The notes beneath the pieces were generated by a model. The model was not told where the DNA came from and did no database searches. It saw only the letters and a program-made list of their open reading frames with translations. Below are positions 58,928 to 64,000 of a stretch of 64,000 bases of DNA, one piece after another; positions within the stretch are counted from its first letter, which is position 1, and every line of letters begins with the position of its first letter. The position numbers and the translations under genes are program-made. Origin of the DNA: Marsupella aquatica (Eukaryota > Plantae > Marchantiophyta); contig OZ316896.1 in assembly GCA_973895155.1 (NCBI GenBank), forward strand, positions 1,116,001-1,180,000, given 5' to 3'.

Positions 58928-60120
58928 CCCTCGCGATATACGTATACGGGCATCAATGTTTGCGATGCCTGGCCCTGACACCCTACCTGGCCCTCCCCTC
59001 GGTCTTGACTCCCTATGCGCCGGCCCTCCTTGCCGGCCCTCCTTGCGCTATAGGGCTCACATATAAATAACTGGCCGGTTGACATTACTTAACCATGGGT
59101 GGAATGGCAAGTACAAGATATCTATCCATCCCACTTGCTTGGTTTGCCTCTTTCCGTCTCTGCTTCGTTTTTATTCATTGCTTGCGTTCTACTCATATAT
59201 GGATCGTGCATTCAATAAGGCTAGAAAGACGCCTTTGTAAATGGATTCAGAAGGTCACGTGGAAAGAGGGTTCATGTCGTTCCGAAAAACTCGATCTAAA
59301 TAACCGGTTGTTCTCAGATTTTCTCAAATCAAACCTGACCAGAAGAAAATGCTAACGTTTGGTTTAGTGCCCAGTTTACATTTTGTGCACGATTGTTCAG
59401 GGATCCTCCCATGCGCGGTTGTACAAGGCTTTACGACACTGCGCTTTCTGGAGAAAGAACCAGCCATGCAGCAAGAGAGGAGTCTTACAGTATATATGTT
59501 TCGGCTGTCAGTTTGAGATTGCTCGAAGTTGTCAGTTGTGTAGTGTCAAGCTTAGCGGAGAACTTACATCAGTGGCTCTGTTGGCGATCCTTTGAAGACA
59601 TACGAGTTGCGCACTGTTTGTTGGCAGGTATGTACATTTCCATGAGCTCTTTCTGTTGTGTCGGTATGGACAGAGTAGCTGCGACTTGATTTCTGTCCAC
59701 ATGTTCGAGGCAATGACGGGCCGTAGCTTGTATGGGTTCTCAGCTGGCTAGCTTCAAGGCTTTACTTGCCTGCATTCCTGTCTTGGATGTCCCCAAAGAT
59801 TTCCCAGATTATTGTGACCGTTCGTTTGGGAGATGTAAATATCATGCCTTGCTCAATTTGCTGTTGGGATGAAGCATTTGAATCCATTGCTTTCGGTCAT
59901 GGATGTTCCCTTAGAATTCTTGAGAGCAGGTCTAAAGCAGCTCAGTTACTGAGAGACATTCGTTCGCAGTACTGTGCTGCTTCTGAAAAGGGATGTCTTT
60001 TGTAGCCGCTCTCAATGAAGGCCACCGGTTTTGAACTCACTTATGGACTGGTGGTTTTCTCCTCGTTTTGCAGGCAGGTCAGTTCATCGTTTACTTCTTC
60101 CATCCGTATTTCGCAACGAA

Positions 60121-62539
60121 ATGGGCGCTAAGCGAATCCTCATCGTCACCACCTCTCATCCAGCTTATCCAGACAATGGTGATCCCACCGGTTTGTGGTG
60201 AGTGAGAGTTGTCAGTTTTCACAACTTTGTATATTCTGTGATGGGTGGTCCTTCTGTTGCTCCAGTGACTGGGATTGTGGTCGTGGGGAGGATGACGACA
60301 ATTAGCAAACGGATTTTGCCGATCAGTTGACTGGCGTCATTGTAGATTCTAGTCAGGCTGGGTTGTTCTGCTTTGAGTGGCACGGACTCTGCTTCATACA
60401 GGTCGGAGTTAGGGTGGCCTGAAGAAGTGGGTGATGTGCTCTTAAACCAGAATAGCACTGACGTACCTCTTTGACTGCCTCTGCATGCGGTGGAGCTCAG
60501 TGTAGCTCAAGATCAATGGTCCTAAAGTTGCTGATACGGCTTGAAGAATGTGAACTAAGACGTTTGTGAATGAGTGCAGGCTCGAGGAGCTTGCTGCTCC
60601 TTATTTGATTTGGACGAAAGCCGGGTTAGAGGTGGACATTGTCAGCGTCAAAGGTGGCAAGATACCTCTAGGTAAGTGAATTTTGGATTTGCTTTCCCAC
60701 AAACTTATCGATCTTTGCAGGGAAGTGAAAGCTGTCGAAGTTCCTACATTTGGCTCTGTGTATCGCCTTTAATTTACTGATTTAGCTCGGCGCGAATTAC
60801 ACATCTGCGGGACGATTCATCACAATGAATTCTGGATAGGACCAAGTCAGTTCGACTAGTTTGTGTTTGCTCTACTTCATATTCGAATTAGAACTTGGAC
60901 GTTTATGGTCAGATTGTTAGCTTCCACTCATTGTGGTATGCAAGTTTTGTTCACGAGGATTGAAATTCCTCCATAACGAAAGACTACGAAAGAGACACAA
61001 AAGGAAAACGAACTTATCTTCTTTTCACGCACGTTTTCTTTTCGTAAAGAAAATACTTTCCCATGTGATGGCTCGCCTCTCTCTGCGCATCGTAGTCGTC
61101 GCCCAGAGTTAATAATATGACCTTCATGCGAAACTTTGTTGTCAGCTTAGCGTCTCACGTTTGTAGATCGAATTTTCATTTGGGGTGAGCTTTAGCTTGC
61201 TTGAAGTGAAATTGATGATTTCCTGCTGAAAGTCGATGTTTGAAATTTCTTCAGATCCGGCCAGCTTGACACCGGAGACTCTCACGGGACATGCCAAAGT
61301 GTACTATGAAGATGGTGAGTTTTGTCTGCAGAATACATGATGGATACGTGATCCTCTGAGATCGGGTTTAGTACGCAAAGGCTGTTTTCACTATTTTAGT
61401 TTTGTTATTAGCAGCTGCAATGGTAATGATAATATTTCGTGAAAGCTGAGGGAGTTGCTAACCTTGTCAATCCACACTTGGCAGAGAGTTTGGTGAAGTT
61501 AATTGAGACAACTCCGTCCGTAAAAGATGTTACAGGGCAGTATGATGCCATTTACCTGCCAGGTCAGTGTCAATATGATTAGATGTAGCTCTTGGACCTT
61601 GAGAGTTTACAGTAAATGCACAGCTCTTCATCTAGTAGCAAATTTGTGAGGGGTGTCTAGGATTGCCATTTTATAGGGAATTCTTTGCTCGTCATCCTGG
61701 TATGCGACTCACCTGAGATGGCAACTCCTCCCACTTGCAGGTGGGCATGGGGTGTGTTTTGACCTTGCTACCGACAAGGATTCTATTGCCTTGGTGGAGA
61801 AATTCTGGGCTGAGGGCAAGGTTGTATCTGCTGTCTGCCATGGACCGTGCGCTCTTGTAAATGTGAAGGCCCCAAATGGTGAACCAATTGTGAAGGGTAG
61901 AAAGGTAATTTCAGCTACTTTCCATGCAGACCTGATAAATTTTCAAAGCGTTGTTCCTGGAATCTTTTAGTAAGTGAATGTAGTCTCTTATCAACTTTGC
62001 TTGCCTATGAGCGGATAATTTCATGCGCAAGTTGTGGTATACACTACTTGAAAAGTAAGCAATGGAATTCTCTTGTGAGTTATTGGGCATTCATCAGCAT
62101 GGGTTGGATTATACACGGGACACCTTACAAATTTTGCGGTTGCTTGAACTTCAGGTGAATGGCTTCTCAAATTCTGAGGAGGAAGCTTTTGGCAAAACCG
62201 CCAGAGTTCCTTTTCTGCTCGAAAGTGAACTTATTAAGCTCGGAGGTTTATACGAGAAGGGCTCAGATTGGGTATGTTTCTAGTGAGTTCCGCAGATTGT
62301 TCTTCGCTATGTGTTTGGAAATAATTCTTTTTCCTAAAACTTTCTATGTGTGTTTTTCGTAGAGCCGGCATGTGCCTTCTCTTTGCTCCATTTTACGTCA
62401 TACAAATACTAAAAATTTTACCCGTGTGTTATGATTGCAGTCGGCGTATGCCATAGCAGATGGAAATCTGATCACAGGTCAAAACCCTATGAGTTCCGAG
62501 AAATTGGCAGGATTGACCCTGAAAGCATTGGGAGTTTAA
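60121..62539 (+). CDS. DJ-1/PfpI superfamily, Hsp31-type single-domain protein (putative glutathione-independent glyoxalase III)
   Basis: Exons approx. 60121-60197, 60580-60671, 61255-61314, 61485-61562, 61741-61904, 62155-62271, 62441-62539. Motifs: ILIVTTSH..PTGLWLEELAAPY, GGKIPLDPAS, YDAIYLPGGHG..FDL, SAVCHGP, GFSNSEE, VPFLLE, LITGQNP. Confidence 0.92.
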
Positions 62540-64000
62540 TTTACTTACATTGCACAGGAATGTTGTGAATGTCTGTGTTAGAGTGATACCTGGATGTCTC
62601 TGAGTACTGGTCTTGCTCCAGAACGGAGGATTTGCCGGGAAAGTACTCTGTATCAACATAGAAATCACTTCCATATTGATGACTGATGAGCTAGGTATGA
62701 ATTTCCTTGATCAGCGAGCTGCCCTCTGGGCGTCTCTGCAACTTAGATAGCTTGAAGCACAGCGTAGTACTCCATACTGATAGGTACAAATCCCATGATT
62801 TGTGTATGAATGTTGCAAACCATCGTGACTACTCGTCAGTAATGTCCAATTCGATGAAGTAGTGGAGTCGAACTGGTTCGATCGAGATTTGTGCATCACG
62901 ACTCTCAAACCTTCCTAGGATGCAAGCACTGCAAACTCAACAGATTAGTACAGAGAACGCCCAACATAACCTACAGTCACTCCTGAGGAACCTGAGGGTC
63001 AACAGGTTAACTCGACAAGATGCACGAACAATTTGGGTGGAAAACAGTCAAAGAAAGCTCTGCTTCTAGCTCTGTGGAGGGAGCAAACTAGCTCTCTGGA
63101 GGGAGAAAGGACTCCTGAGACACCATGAGCCGTACCCAGTTTAACTGACAATAAAATGCGGTCAGCACATTGTAACTCCAGCAACCACACAAAAAATGGC
63201 TAATATTCTATTGAAATTAGACTACTATTTTGGAACTGAGAACTGGCATGTAACTGGCATGTACTCATATCTTTCGTTTTGATCTCAATGCCCGTGACCA
63301 CGTAAGTTGCACAATTATCATGGTGACTATGTTGTCCACGTTGTCATTGCAACCATGCCCACCACAATGCATGATGTGGTTGTGTAAGTCAATTGTTCTT
63401 TTTTAAATGGGGCTATAGATGTGGCTGGGATTGTGGCTAAGTATGTCCAATTTTTGCGGAAATGTTGATGTTCGTCATCTTTGCAGTCATGTTGAATGTG
63501 CTTGCTGAAGGGTCTTCATATTCGTTGGTTGGTTATTGTGTGTGGAAATAGTGTCATTATATTGGTCAATGCCATTTCAGCACAAGACAGGCAATGATGG
63601 CCACAACATTGCATGGGTCCATGTGTGGTCGCCCGGTGTTATTGGGAGGGAGACTTTTCCCCTGCTTCTCCCTGCTTCTCCCTGCTCAAGGGGCTTGGGG
63701 CACTTGTGCACAGGAGGGCAAGCTAGGGTAAGGCACAAGGCCATAGGTACATATGTTCTGCGTGCAGGCTAGGGGCTTTGCTTGGAGCACCTCAGCCCCC
63801 CACACACAGGGCTTGCACTGTGCCCGTGGGTAGCATGGTGAGAAGGAAAATTGTCAAGCGAGACTACACACTACACAGTGATTCATCCTTGCAGCTCTTC
63901 ATCGGCCATTCTTCACTTGCTTCGTCCTTCAATGTCGTCTAACATTACGTAAAGCGGGACGTAAAGGACCCCTATCTTGCTCGCTCTCACTTGCAATGAA

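Overview
Intron-rich land-plant genomic DNA (GT-AG introns). The gene content and divergence suggest a bryophyte, possibly a liverwort; this is inference. Seven spliced protein-coding genes can be reconstructed: a cation-chloride cotransporter CCC1 (5' end outside the window, +), MCM6 (+) with a double E2F promoter element, a SIP aquaporin (-), a highly divergent non-canonical PIN-family carrier (-), an ABCI19/20/21-type soluble ABC ATPase (+), a Kelch-repeat/coiled-coil protein (-), and a single-domain Hsp31-type DJ-1/PfpI protein (+). Mobile DNA includes a full-length, recently inserted but stop-disrupted Ty1/copia element (332-bp LTRs, CCCTC TSD, tRNA-Met PBS), two hAT-type MITEs with 8-bp TSDs, a 5'-truncated CRE-like non-LTR element with a fold-back hairpin at its 5' junction, a tRNA-like SINE and an L1 relic. 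There are many 20-150 bp local tandem duplications. The most notable items are the PIN with a remodelled NPNTY motif, the microbial-type Hsp31 gene, a 43-bp sequence repeated identically in two MCM6 introns (possible C/D snoRNA), and an in-frame TGA at the copia gag/pol boundary. I found no convincing new multi-gene system. Exon coordinates were read by eye and may be off by a few bases.
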